NCBI GenBank assembly: GCA_963796965.1
Contig: CAWCNS010000005.1
Location: forward strand, 800,001-864,000
Origin: Calditrichia bacterium
GTDB taxonomy: Bacteria; Calditrichota; Calditrichia; JAJRVZ01
Direction: 5' to 3'
Length of the DNA stretch: 64,000 bases
In this document: positions 20,289 through 31,495 of the stretch, piece by piece
Layout of the letters: each line of letters starts with the position of its first letter
Numbering within the stretch: position 1 is the stretch's first letter
The notes under the pieces: generated by a model
Told to the model about the DNA's origin: nothing
Database searches by the model: none
The model's input: only the letters and a program-made list of their open reading frames with translations
Program-made: the position numbers and the translations under genes

Positions 20289-22254
20289 ATGTCTCGGTTA
20301 CAAAAAAGACGTGTTGTATTTAGCCTATACCCTATTTTCTTTTTAATTTTTGCACTTTCTATTTCACTGCCAGGCCAAGAGATGCCTCCTTCTCTCGAGG
20401 AATCAGCCTCTGAACCAATTAAGTATGTCGGTAAGCAACAAACGGATGCGCGATATCACCACGGTGGACTCCGGCATGTGGTTGGTGTTCATCGTTATCA
20501 AGCCTTTCGTGCTAATCGTGAACAACCTCCTGAAATTAATAGCCGAACAGGTTGGACTTATAACCATCAGCCCTATCTCTGTTATTGGAATAATCAGTTC
20601 TATCTACAATATCTGAGTAATCAGTTTACAGAACACCTTACTCCCGGGCGGACGATGTTGATGACATCAACCGATGGCCGTGACTGGCTTAATCCGGAAA
20701 TATTGTTTCCTGAGTACTCCCTACCAGCGATTGATTATACACATCCAGAATCTGGTAAAACCTATCATCTGCCAGAAGGAACCAAAGCTGTAATGCACCA
20801 AAGAATGGGATTCTACATCACCAAAGACAAGCGGCTATTTACTCTGGGTTTTTATAGTTACTGTCCGGTCTCACGAATAGGGCCCAATAATGGGCATGGC
20901 TTAGGACGGGTGGTCAGGGAAATTTACAAGGACGGATCATATGGCCCGATCTATTTTATCCGCTTTAACAGACATGCCGGTTGGAATGAAAAGAATACAA
21001 ATTACCCATTTTATAAAGCCAGCACTGATAAGGATTTTGTAAAGGGTTGCGAAGAACTTTTGGCGAATAAACTGGTCACCCTGCAATGGTGGGAGGAGGA
21101 CCGGGCTGAAGATGGATTTTTTACAATAGAACCCAGTGAATTTGAACCGAAAGCATTTCAGTTATTTTCGTCGGCCAGACGGTGTAATTGTAGGCGCCTG
21201 GAAAATCCAGATTTCAGCGCTCAGTCCAGACAATGGCAAAAGCTGGACGGATTTAACCCTTTCGAAATCACTTATGACCTGTGGCGCAAAAACCTGGATA
21301 CAACAAACTGAAGATGATAAATACGCTTTGGTCTATAATCATTCTGCCACCAGGCGTAATCGCTGGCCCTTGGCAGTCATGACGAGTACCGACGGACATG
21401 AATTTGATAATTTGCTCTGCCTTCATGGTGAAGTCCCCCCTATGCGGTATCATGGATGGGCCAAGAATCAGGGCCCACAGTATATTCGGGGAATATTTGA
21501 AGGAAACGGCAACCCTCCCGAAAATCATATGTGGAATACTTATAGTATGAGCAAAGAAGATATGTGGGTGAGCAGAACGCGACTCCCAATTTCAGGAACG
21601 GTCGACAAAAATGTTAATCAAACCTTTGACCAGCTCAAAAGTGAAGCGGATTTAGAATTTTGGAATTTATATGTTCCAAAGTGGGCACCTATAGATGTTG
21701 TATCATTTCCGGGTACGAATAATCGTGTTTTACGGTTAATAGATGAAGAACCCTATGACTATGCCTGTGCGGAAAGACATTTTCCACCAAGCAGTCGAGC
21801 AACAGTAGAATTTGATGTCTTTATAAAAGATCAGGGTAAGGATAATCTGGAATTTGAAATTCATGACCAGAAGGATCAGCGTGCGTTGCGTCTGCGATTC
21901 GATTTAAATCTCGAAGGATTAAATTTTGATCTGGGAGGTGTGGAGCCCTGGCCGGTACCGATCAGTGAGAACCAATGGTATCGTATAAAGATTGCTTTTG
22001 ATTGTACAACCGATAGATATGATGTTTGGTTAAACAAACAAATGGTAAGGGAAGAAATTGATCTGGATATAGATGCAGAGACTTTAGAACGGATGGTATT
22101 CCGCACAGGTAGTTGGCGATCTGATGTAAGAATGTTTCTGTTAAAGGGTCAACCAAATGGTCCGGGATTAGATAGTGAGGACCTGGCTGGAGCAGGACAG
22201 AAAGTTGCAAAAAGTACTTTCTGGATCGACAATGTCAAAACGTCACAACCATAA
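20289..22254 (+). CDS. Sialidase-fold glycoside hydrolase resembling the GH143 (BT1020 N-terminal) type; frame break near 21157
   Basis: 'VVGVH..RANRE', 'GWTYNHQP', 'AVMHQRMGFY', BNR-like 'S.D.G.SW' repeats, 'GPQYIRGI.EGNG'. Confidence 0.65.
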
Positions 22255-22327
22255 TTCTCCCAATCTTTAAACATTCATTCTGTTACTACAGGGAGCCAAC
22301 CATACGTCTGAAAGATGGATCCGAACG

Positions 22328-22630
22328 ATGATTCTCATTTTTCTCTTCCCTCTTCTGTTTTCTGGTATAATCCAGGCAAAGCCACAATCAAAACACTTTA
22401 CAGTTGAAGAAATCGACCAAGGAATCTGGGCTGTAATTCATAAATTTGGCGGATATGCGATCTGCAATGCCGGAAGTATAGATTTGAGGGATGAGACTTT
22501 GATTTTCGATTTATTTATCTCTCCGGAAGCAGCACGGGATCTAAAGCGTGTCGCCGAGGAACTCACAGCTAAACCAATAAAATATGTCATAAATAATTAT
22601 TATCCAATTTATCCTTGCATTAGTCCATAG
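22328..22630 (+). pseudogene. Truncated MBL-fold metallo-hydrolase fragment
   Basis: 'NAG.ID..DETLIFD', 'KPIKYVIN' then similarity stops just where HxHxDH is expected; repeat DNA follows. Confidence 0.6.
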
Positions 22631-22822
22631 AATATAATTAATTTGAATTATCTAATTATTTTCTCTCAAAGACGCTAAATCACAAAAAATTATAGGCATA
22701 GCACGTAGCGCGCGGTGTGTCAAACCCCTATACCCCGCTATAGGCTCTTCTCGTTATGCAATTTCAATCTTGCGTCTTTGGGTGATTAACTAAATTCAGC
22801 TATTCCAGTTGACCAGATTGCA

Positions 22823-23749
22823 TTGATAATTCCTACATTAAATAAACTAAAAACGTATATCAGATTGTTGAGTCAGAAAAAAATTCTAATTGCATCCAGT
22901 ATTGTTGGCGCAGAGATAAAACCCTATCAATTTACAGTTAGTGCACGACAGATATCCAATTATGCTGCAGCTATTTCCGATACGAACGACATCTACTATA
23001 ACAGCAAAAAAAAGGACGATTTTTATGCACATCCTCTTTTTCCGGTTAGGATATCCTGGGAGATAATAAGAAATCTTCCTGACTATTTAGGGGTTGAAAC
23101 ACCCTTCACGTTAAAAAGTCAATTAGTACATCATTCAGAATATTTAAGATATAATCGGTTACCTAAACCTGGTGATGTGCTCAGTTTAAGGGGAGAAATT
23201 GCAGCCATCCTACCCCATCAAAGAGGGGCAAAGGTTATACTCAAGTTTGATTACCTCGATCAACAGGGACAGTTAATCTGCACGGAATATATTGGTGCAA
23301 TTATATTCGGATTTAAATGTACAGATTCTGGTAGGGGCAGAGAATCTATTCCACAGATTGATCGAATTGCAGAATCTGAAGCCATTTGGACTGAAAATAT
23401 AGCCATTAGCAGAGTTTCACCCTATATTTATGACGGTTGTACAGATATAATCTATCCCGTACATACTGACAGAATATTCGCTAGATCAATGGGTCTACCA
23501 GACATAATTCTTCAAGGTTCGGCAACCCTGGCGATGAGTGTTTCAAAAATTATAGAAAAAGAGTTAGGAGAAGATCCAAAATCAATTGCAGTTGTTGCCG
23601 GCAAGTTTACGGATATAGTAATACCACCAAATAGTTTATCGGTACAATTGCTTAAAAGATCCGGCGATGAATTGTATTTTGATGTGAGAGAAGAATCTGG
23701 AAAATATGTTATCAGGGGTGGTTACATCAAGACAAAAAAGAAGCAATAA
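22823..23749 (+). CDS. MaoC-type double hot-dog dehydratase
   Basis: 'AHPLFP', 'LVHHSE', 'PVHTD..FA...GLPDIILQG'. Start uncertain. Confidence 0.75.
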   Translation: MIIPTLNKLKTYIRLLSQKKILIASSIVGAEIKPYQFTVSARQISNYAAAISDTNDIYYNSKKKDDFYAHPLFPVRISWEIIRNLPDYLGVETPFTLKSQLVHHSEYLRYNRLPKPGDVLSLRGEIAAILPHQRGAKVILKFDYLDQQGQLICTEYIGAIIFGFKCTDSGRGRESIPQIDRIAESEAIWTENIAISRVSPYIYDGCTDIIYPVHTDRIFARSMGLPDIILQGSATLAMSVSKIIEKELGEDPKSIAVVAGKFTDIVIPPNSLSVQLLKRSGDELYFDVREESGKYVIRGGYIKTKKKQ

Positions 23750-23814
23750 TATCCTAATTCGTCCGTTGAAGCGAATTAAATTCAACTCTGCCATATTATA
23801 ATGAGGAGAAATGT

Positions 23815-25542
23815 ATGCGGGATCCCAAAAAAGACGAACGGTGTTTAGAACTCAACAAAGAATTAACAGATTATCCACGGATGTTTGACTGGGTTGATCG
23901 ATGGGCCAAAGAGAAACCCAATGAGCTTGCTTTGATTGAGTATAACACCGGAGATGAAATCACATGGAAGGATTTTGCAACCAAATCAAAAGCTTTTGCG
24001 GCAAAGCTTCTCAGCATGGGCATTAAAAAGGGAGATATCATTGCCACAATGTTGGTTTTATTAAAGGAGCATGTCTATCTCATGTATGCCTGCTACAGAA
24101 TCGGCGCTATTTTGGCTCCCCTCGATCCACGACTAAAAAGCCAGGAAGTTGACCAATGTTTTCAGAAAATGTTACCCAAGGCATTTTTCTGCCTGGGTAA
24201 TACTCCTGTTAGTGACTTCCGGCCGATCATCACTGAGATGATCAATAAACATGGTAAAGCAAATGGTGGAAGTTGCGATCATTTTATTCAATTCCAGAAG
24301 GAAGAGAACGAAATAGTCGAAGGTGCTATTGGGATTGTGCCTTTTGCCAGCGATATTAAAAAGATCTTCATCAAATCCTTAATAACCGGAAAAGTCAAAA
24401 AAGCACAAAAACTTGTCACGAAAAAGGATCCCATTCTGATTATCTTTACCACTGGTTCCACGGGATATCCCAAACCGGCACTTCTGTCTTCAGAAAATAT
24501 ACTTGTTCAGAATATTGGTTTAGGCGTTGCTTTTGATATTGTGGCCGAGGACAGAATGCTCGTCAATCTTCCCCCCAGTCATGTAGGCTGTACGACGGAA
24601 CAGTTAGCAACAACAATTTTTTGTGGAGGAACGAGTGTTCTTCTGCATGTATTTAAACCTGATGAATCTCTTGATGCCATTCAAAAATACAAGGTAACAG
24701 CATTTGGGCAGATTCCGGCTTTGTTTGCCATGGAATGGCGTTTACCAAACTACAAGGATTACGATATCTCCACATTAAAATTTGCACTCTATGGTGGTCA
24801 AGCAGTTACACGACAATTCCTTGAACAGCTCTCAACCATGGCACCGAAATTCGGCACGGGTCTTGGTCTTACTGAGATTGGCGGTTTTTGCACTTATTCA
24901 CCTCTGGACGGAACAGTGGATGATATATTAGCGAGCATTGGTTTCGATATGCCCCTCTGTCCTCTCACTATTCGGGAGGACATGAACGATGATGGTTCAG
25001 CAGGAGCGGAGAAACTTCCTGGGGAAGTTGGTGAGATTTGTTTCTCAGGCCCCCAGGTATTTCTTGGATATTTAAATGACGAAGAAAATACAAAAAAAAC
25101 GATCTCTATAGATGGTCTATTATACACGGGTGATTTAGGATCTTACGATGAGAAAGGATTACATTTTGCCGGACGTTCAAAATTAATGATAAAGCCTAAG
25201 GGTAATAATGTCTTTCCAACAGAAGTAGAAGAATTTATTTCTTCTAGTTTGAAATCAAAAGTGGCAAGTGTTGCTGTGGTTGGCGCTGAACATGAAATTT
25301 TCACAGAAGGGATTATTGCCTTTATTGAAATGAAGCCCAATATAGAACTTAAAGGTGATGAAGTTAATGAAATATGTAAAGAAATTGCTTCTTATAAACG
25401 TCCCTCACATGTGGAGATTCTAGCACCCGAAGGTATGCCACTTAATCGGGTGGCTAAAACAGATTATATGGAATTAAAACGCCGGGGGGCTGATATTGTT
25501 AATAAACTCCGCCAAGAGGGAGGCTGGGACAAAACCTTATAA
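23815..25542 (+). CDS. Acyl-CoA ligase (class I adenylate-forming enzyme)
   Basis: 'IIFTTGSTGYPK', 'GLGLTE', 'YTGDLG', 'GRSKLMIK'. Confidence 0.88.
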   Translation: MRDPKKDERCLELNKELTDYPRMFDWVDRWAKEKPNELALIEYNTGDEITWKDFATKSKAFAAKLLSMGIKKGDIIATMLVLLKEHVYLMYACYRIGAILAPLDPRLKSQEVDQCFQKMLPKAFFCLGNTPVSDFRPIITEMINKHGKANGGSCDHFIQFQKEENEIVEGAIGIVPFASDIKKIFIKSLITGKVKKAQKLVTKKDPILIIFTTGSTGYPKPALLSSENILVQNIGLGVAFDIVAEDRMLVNLPPSHVGCTTEQLATTIFCGGTSVLLHVFKPDESLDAIQKYKVTAFGQIPALFAMEWRLPNYKDYDISTLKFALYGGQAVTRQFLEQLSTMAPKFGTGLGLTEIGGFCTYSPLDGTVDDILASIGFDMPLCPLTIREDMNDDGSAGAEKLPGEVGEICFSGPQVFLGYLNDEENTKKTISIDGLLYTGDLGSYDEKGLHFAGRSKLMIKPKGNNVFPTEVEEFISSSLKSKVASVAVVGAEHEIFTEGIIAFIEMKPNIELKGDEVNEICKEIASYKRPSHVEILAPEGMPLNRVAKTDYMELKRRGADIVNKLRQEGGWDKTL

Positions 25543-25577
25543 AACAAAATTTTTACCATTATCCGGAGATATATAGG

Positions 25578-25975
25578 ATGCAAAAAACATTTATCATTTC
25601 AGTATTACAGGATAATTTTGCCGTTTGTCGGTTAAGTGCATTTGATCCTTTACCAGACTGGGTACTGAAGGACCCACTCTCCTCTATTACACGGACACCC
25701 GAGGAGTATTCGGTTGTTTGTCCACATGAAAGTATACCTGAGAAGGATAAATTTTCTTGCGAGAGCGAATGGAAATGTCTGAAGATCCATGGGCCTCTTG
25801 ATTTTAGTGAAGTTGGTATCATCTCAAATTTAACATCAATATCTCAGCTGCTGCTGAGATCAGTGTTTTTGTCTTATCAACCTATGAGACCGACTATATT
25901 CTGGTAAAAAAAATGAATATTGATAAGGCTGCTCAGGTCCTAACGGAATCCGGAAATGAGGTTTATTTCGATTAA
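25578..25975 (+). CDS. ACT-domain protein (CASTOR/ACT_7 type); frame break near 25845
   Basis: 'SITRT.EE.SVVC', 'GPLDFSEVGII', then in the next frame 'ISVFVLSTYETDYILVK'. Confidence 0.78.
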
Positions 25976-25992
25976 GATGAAGGCATTTTATA

Positions 25993-26544
25993 ATGATTGA
26001 AATTCCATTTATCAGAACCGATAGAACCACTTTAACTATTCTCAAACCTGAACGTGCCGGACTTATCTTCGCTTATTATCAGGAAAATAAAACGCATTTG
26101 GCACCCTGGGAGCCTGAGAGAAAAGACGCCTTTTATACCCTCAGGGCCTGCCAGGATAGAGCTGCCAACTCTTATTCCGGATTCTTTCAGAAACACTGCG
26201 TGAATTTTTGTATACTGGATAACCAGGAATCCGAACTTATCGGCTTATGCAATTTTACAAACATCATCAGAGGGCCATTTCAAGCTTGTCATATGGGATA
26301 TTCCATAGCAAGCAAATTAGAGAATCAGGGATACATGTCTGAAGCGGCAAAATCGGCGATTTCATATATGTTTACCGAAATAGGTTTGCATCGGATTATG
26401 GCCAACTATATGCCACATAATGAGAGGTCTGCCAAACTACTTACAAAACTTGGATTTGAGAAAGAAGGATATGCCAAGTCCTATTTGAAAATAGGTGAAA
26501 AATGGCAAGACCATGTCTTAACCTCATTAATAAATGATCAATGA
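25993..26544 (+). CDS. RimJ-like GNAT N-acetyltransferase
   Basis: 'HLAPWEP', 'IIRGPFQACHMGY', 'LHRIMANYMP.N.RS', 'WQDHVL'. Confidence 0.85.
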   Translation: MIEIPFIRTDRTTLTILKPERAGLIFAYYQENKTHLAPWEPERKDAFYTLRACQDRAANSYSGFFQKHCVNFCILDNQESELIGLCNFTNIIRGPFQACHMGYSIASKLENQGYMSEAAKSAISYMFTEIGLHRIMANYMPHNERSAKLLTKLGFEKEGYAKSYLKIGEKWQDHVLTSLINDQ

Positions 26545-26562
26545 GAGTAGCACATTATAGAA

Positions 26563-27919
26563 ATGTTATTTATGCCAAATTTTTGGCAGCTAAATATTAG
26601 ATTATTTTGGAAAATATTTTTTATTATATTTATGATATTCTCCCCCATACAGGCTCAAAACGAGGTAAAGGTACAATTCTCGAGCAGCAACAACCATCGC
26701 CTAAAGTCAATTGATCACGATGATGATCTATCAGAGAATTATGTGTCGGATGAAAGTAGATTGTACGCAAAAATGGAATCAAATTTTGAAGTAAATTCTA
26801 AACTACCCGCTGAATTCGACATAATGTGGAGAAAAACAGAACAATTCTATAAGCAGGGAATTAGAGAAAACAATATAATAGGAAGTCAGCTTATTTTTTA
26901 TTCATTCTGGGAAAGTTGCTGCCAAATCTTATTATGGTTTTGCGGATTTAGAAACAAAGCGGAAAATCGATGCACAAACCATTTATCACTGGGCTTCTAT
27001 TACAAAAACTTTCACGGGCATCGCTATTATGCAACTTCGTGACAGGGGTTTCTTAAATCTCAGCGACCCGATCGTCAATTATTTACCGGGACTAAATCAG
27101 GTTTACAATCCTTACGGGCCCATGAAAGACATTACGATCAAACAGTTTATGAGCCATACTGCAGGCTTCAGGGCTTCTTCCTGGCCATGGGGAGGAGATG
27201 AGGACTGGCATCCCTATGAACCTTTACAGTGGCAACAATTAGAAGCTATGTTTCCCTACACTAAAATTTTATTTAAACCAGGATCACAATATAGTTACTC
27301 AAATCCGGCTGTCATATTTCTTGGAAGAATTATTGAACAGATAAGTGGTGATGATTATGAAGTTTATATTGATAAAAACATTTTAAAGCCACTCGAGATG
27401 TACCATACTTATTTCGACCATACCCCCTACCATCTCATAAAATACCGCTCAAATAGTTATTACACAAAAGATAGTGTTATTAAAGCTAATGGGTTTGATT
27501 TCGACACAGGTATTACAGTTTCTAACGGCGGTCTTAATGCACCTTTAACAGACATGATAAAATATCTCATCTGGCTGGCAGAAAATTCAGTCGCGGATAG
27601 CAAAATACTTAGTCGTCGTTCATTAAATGAAATGTGGACACCCCAGATTAGTATTGAGAGAACCTCTCAGTTGAAAAAGTCTATGGGATTATCTTTTTTT
27701 ATTTATGATTACAATAATTTTAGCCTGATCGGGCATACAGGTGAACAGAGGGGATTTATTTCGTTCATCCTGGTTCACCCATCTACAGGAACGGCAGCCA
27801 TTGCTGTATTTAATACGACTGATATTGTAACAAAAGGCCAATCCAATACCAAGCGTTTTTCTACTGAGGTTCAGAATTCTCTCATCAAGAACATTTGGCC
27901 ACTCTTTACTAATAAGTAG
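26563..27919 (+). CDS. Serine hydrolase (beta-lactamase/AmpC-like family); frame break near 26888
   Basis: SxxK 'WASITKTFT' in the bridging frame, YxN 'YSYSN', 'GHTG'. Confidence 0.8.
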
Positions 27920-27949
27920 CCATTATAACTATAGGTATATCAATCGCTT

Positions 27950-28903
27950 ATGAAAGCAAACACTTCATCACTTCCCCTATTACTGTTATTTTTAACATTT
28001 GTTTTATCCTGCAATCCTGGCACTGTCCCAAACAAAAAACCATCAGCTAATAGTTCGGCTACAGAGGAAAATATGGGTCTCATTGAACAGATTGGAAATT
28101 CAACTTATACAGGATTTAAAATGGTTGAGGAAGCCATCAAATTAGAAAACGGATCCTGGGAGGGTTCTCCATACGTAGAAGATGGTTCTTCAAAAGCGCA
28201 CATTTACATTTTAGATAATTTTCTTCTTGAGGGTGATCTGGATGGGGATAACATGGATGAGGTCGTTACTTTTCTTGGAGAAAGTGGTGGTGGCTCAGGA
28301 GAATATATATATCTGGCTCTTCTGAAAAAAAGTGAGAATGGTCTTGTAAATCTCCAGACCAAATTCCTCGGTGACAGAATCCAAATAAAAGAAGCGATAA
28401 TAAAGGATAAACACCTGCATCTTGATTTACTTCGATGTGGTCCGAATGATGCAACCTGTTGTCCAGGGGAATTAATAAGGGAGATCTGGCAGCTCAAATC
28501 AGGAGATTTCATTATCTCAACAGATAAGGAAGGACCCAGACGACTTTCATTGTCTGATATCGGCGCCACTGAGTGGATCCTAAAATATTGGAATGCGAAG
28601 GAAGAGGCTCCGTCTGAACCAAAAATATCATTACTTTTTAAAGATGGAAAATTTGCAGGGAATTCAGGATGCAACCGTTATTTTACGCCGGTCACTCCCG
28701 GAGACAATCCCGGTATGATTTCCACCGGCATGGCTGGCTCAACAATGATGGCCTGCCCTGATTCAATCATGAAAATTGAACAACGATTTTTATCACTACT
28801 CGCAGGCATTAATAAGTTTGGATTTATTAATACCAAATTAACGCTATCATACCATAACGAGAATAATGATGATATTTTAATATTTGAACGACCAAAAAAA
28901 TAA
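27950..28903 (+). CDS. META-domain lipoprotein
   Basis: Lipobox 'VLSC'; C-terminal 'GNSGCNRY..STMMAC....M.IEQRFL'. Confidence 0.8.
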   Translation: MKANTSSLPLLLLFLTFVLSCNPGTVPNKKPSANSSATEENMGLIEQIGNSTYTGFKMVEEAIKLENGSWEGSPYVEDGSSKAHIYILDNFLLEGDLDGDNMDEVVTFLGESGGGSGEYIYLALLKKSENGLVNLQTKFLGDRIQIKEAIIKDKHLHLDLLRCGPNDATCCPGELIREIWQLKSGDFIISTDKEGPRRLSLSDIGATEWILKYWNAKEEAPSEPKISLLFKDGKFAGNSGCNRYFTPVTPGDNPGMISTGMAGSTMMACPDSIMKIEQRFLSLLAGINKFGFINTKLTLSYHNENNDDILIFERPKK

Positions 28904-29012
28904 TCACCGCCGAGTGTAATGAGAATTTTATTTGTAAAAAGTCAAAAGATAAATAAACAATAATCTGAATGGCCAGAGGCCATAAAATCAAACCTAAAAT
29001 GTTGGAGAAACC

Positions 29013-31114
29013 ATGAAAATTAAAACTGCCATTCGAAATCTGTCACTTTTAACCCTCATTATAATTCTCTTACCGCTGTCATGTCAGGACAAAAATCAGG
29101 TTACGATTTATCGGGATAACTGGGGCGTTCCGCACATCTATGCCCCATCGGAGACAGCATTGGCTTTTGCCTTCGGGTACACACAGGCGGAAGATCGTCT
29201 TATTCAGATATTATCCTCCTATCGCTATGCAGTTGGCACAATGGCTGAAGCATTCGGGGAAAAATATGTCAATTCCGATTATAATCAACGGGTATGGCAA
29301 CATGCCAAAATTTCCAAGGAAAAATTTTCCCAGATTTCTCCTGAACTTCAGCAGATCGCCCGCTATTTTGTCGCCGGCATACAGCATTATATGGAGACAC
29401 ATCAGGATAAGGTTCCGGATTGGGCACCCGAAGTTGAACCCTGGCATGTACTAGGCATTAGGTCGCTCATTTATATGGGGATGGCCACAGGGGCAGGCAA
29501 GAGGAGATATGCGCCGGGGTAAAATGAAAATTGAACGTCCCCATCACTCCAACCAATGGCTGGTTAGTCCACAACGAACTTCAGAGAATGTTGCGATTGC
29601 CCTCATTGACCCGCATCTTAATTTTCATACATCAGGAAAGTGGTTAGAGGCGGCCTTACATTCAGAGGATATAGATCTGAGAGGTATGGTTGTACCCGGA
29701 ACTCCTTTTATTGCCCTGGGCCATAATCAGTATATTTCATGGGCAGCAACAACAGGTGGACCTGATTGTGCGGATGTGTATGAATTAGAAATAAATCCGG
29801 ATAACCCCTTACAGTATAAATACGATGATAATTGGCGGGATATTAAAACAGAAACTACCACAATTCGTGTTAAAACCAAAGATGGTATTAAAGAAGTTAA
29901 AAAATCAATCGAGCGTAGTCATTATGGTCCGATACAGGAGAGAATCGGAGGTAAAGCTTATGCCTTCAAACTAGCCTATGCTGAAGAAGTGTTATTGGTT
30001 GAACAAATGCATAAAACAAACAGAGCTTAAAAATTTAAAGGAGTTTATAGAGGCCATTTCTATGTGTCAAATGATGCCCCAGAATATGATGTGTGCAACC
30101 ATCGAAGGAGATATATATTATGCCCGTACGGGTATGGTTCCTATTCGTCCGGAAGGTTATGACTGGGATTATCCAGTGCCCGGCAATACAAAAGACACAG
30201 AATGGCAGGGAATTCACCCCCATGAGGATTTAATACAAATCACAAATCCTGAGCAAGGCTTTATGCAGAATTGTAACATTTCTCCTGGTACGATGATGCC
30301 AAACAGCCCATTTACGACTGATAAATATGCAAAATATATTTATAATGATGATCAAGATCGCAGCAATCCGCGCGGCAGATCTGCATTACGGTTGTTAGGT
30401 GAGACCGATAAAATGACAGAAGCTCAGGCAAAAAAAATCGCCTTAGATACAAAGGCAGATGGATTTGAAATATGGCAGTCAGCATTAAAAACAGCTTATA
30501 AAGGTCAGTTAAATTCGTTTAAAGATCTTGAAGAGGCAGTAAATCTTATCACCGATTGGAATGGCTATCTCAATGCTGATGAAGAAGCCCCTGCCCTCTA
30601 CAGGATGTGGCGGAGAGAATGCAGCAAACTTTCAAATGCAGCAACGATTCAAAATTCTAAAAAATTGTCTTCAAAAGATGAGAAAGATTTGCTCAAGGCT
30701 CTGAGAAGGGCAAAAAAGTATGCATCCGAAAAATTTGGAACCTTTCGTGTACCCTGGGGTAAGGCCGTCAGATTAAAAAGAGGAGAAAAATCCTGGCCAA
30801 TTAATGGTGGTTCATTTGAGAATGGGGTTTATTGCTTACGAGCAGCAGGTGGTCGTTTTGACAAAGAAACGGGAGAGACGACTATCGATCGCGGGCAATC
30901 CTGTACAATGGTCGTCATATTGAGCAACCCCATTCGTTCATTTAGTATCTTACCTTTTGGGCAAAGTGATGATCCTGAATCAGCACATCATACAGATCAG
31001 GCAGAATCTCTGTTCTCAAAATCTGTTTTTAAATCAACGTATTTTGAGAAAGATGAACTTATGCAAAACCTGGAATCCACGACAGAGTTGTTGCTTCCAG
31101 ATGAGATAAACTGA
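29013..31114 (+). CDS. Penicillin acylase family (Ntn hydrolase) lipoprotein; frame breaks near 29454 and 30027
   Basis: 'IYRDNWGVPHIYA', 'GYTQAEDR', nucleophile 'SNQW', 'DPHL', 'GQSDDPES.H..DQ'. Confidence 0.85.
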
Positions 31115-31140
31115 TTTTAATTAATAGATTTAAATTTTAT

Positions 31141-31460
31141 TTCACGCATCGACGCAAAGATTGTATCCACAAATTACTCGAATTTTAACGAATTACACGA
31201 ATTTTTAGCCAGATATAAAATATATAAAATTACAGTACAAATAGTAAAATTGTTGGCTTCAGAGCACCTGGTCATTTTCGAGCGAAGCGATAAATCTAAA
31301 ATTCATGAGGAAACAAAGATATCTCATCCGCCCGGAGAGAATTTTAATCACATTCTCCTGCTTTCATTTTTATTCTTTGAACTTAAATATTAATTTGTGA
31401 AATTTGTTTAAATTCGTGCAATTAGTGGAAAAACGCCGCGTCGTTGCGTCGCTGCGAGAG
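31141..31460. repeat. Nested inverted repeat cluster (GCGTC-type outer, CACGAATT-type inner, GTCA-type core)
   Basis: Outer CACGCATCGACGCAAAG / GTTGCGTCGCTGCGAG, inner TCCACAAATT..CACGAATT / AATTCGTG..AATTAGTGGA, core GTCATTTTCGAGCGAAGCGATAAATCT at 31271. Confidence 0.65.
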
Positions 31461-31495
31461 TAGACAATAAAAGGCTCAGCGAAACAGGAGTTTTG

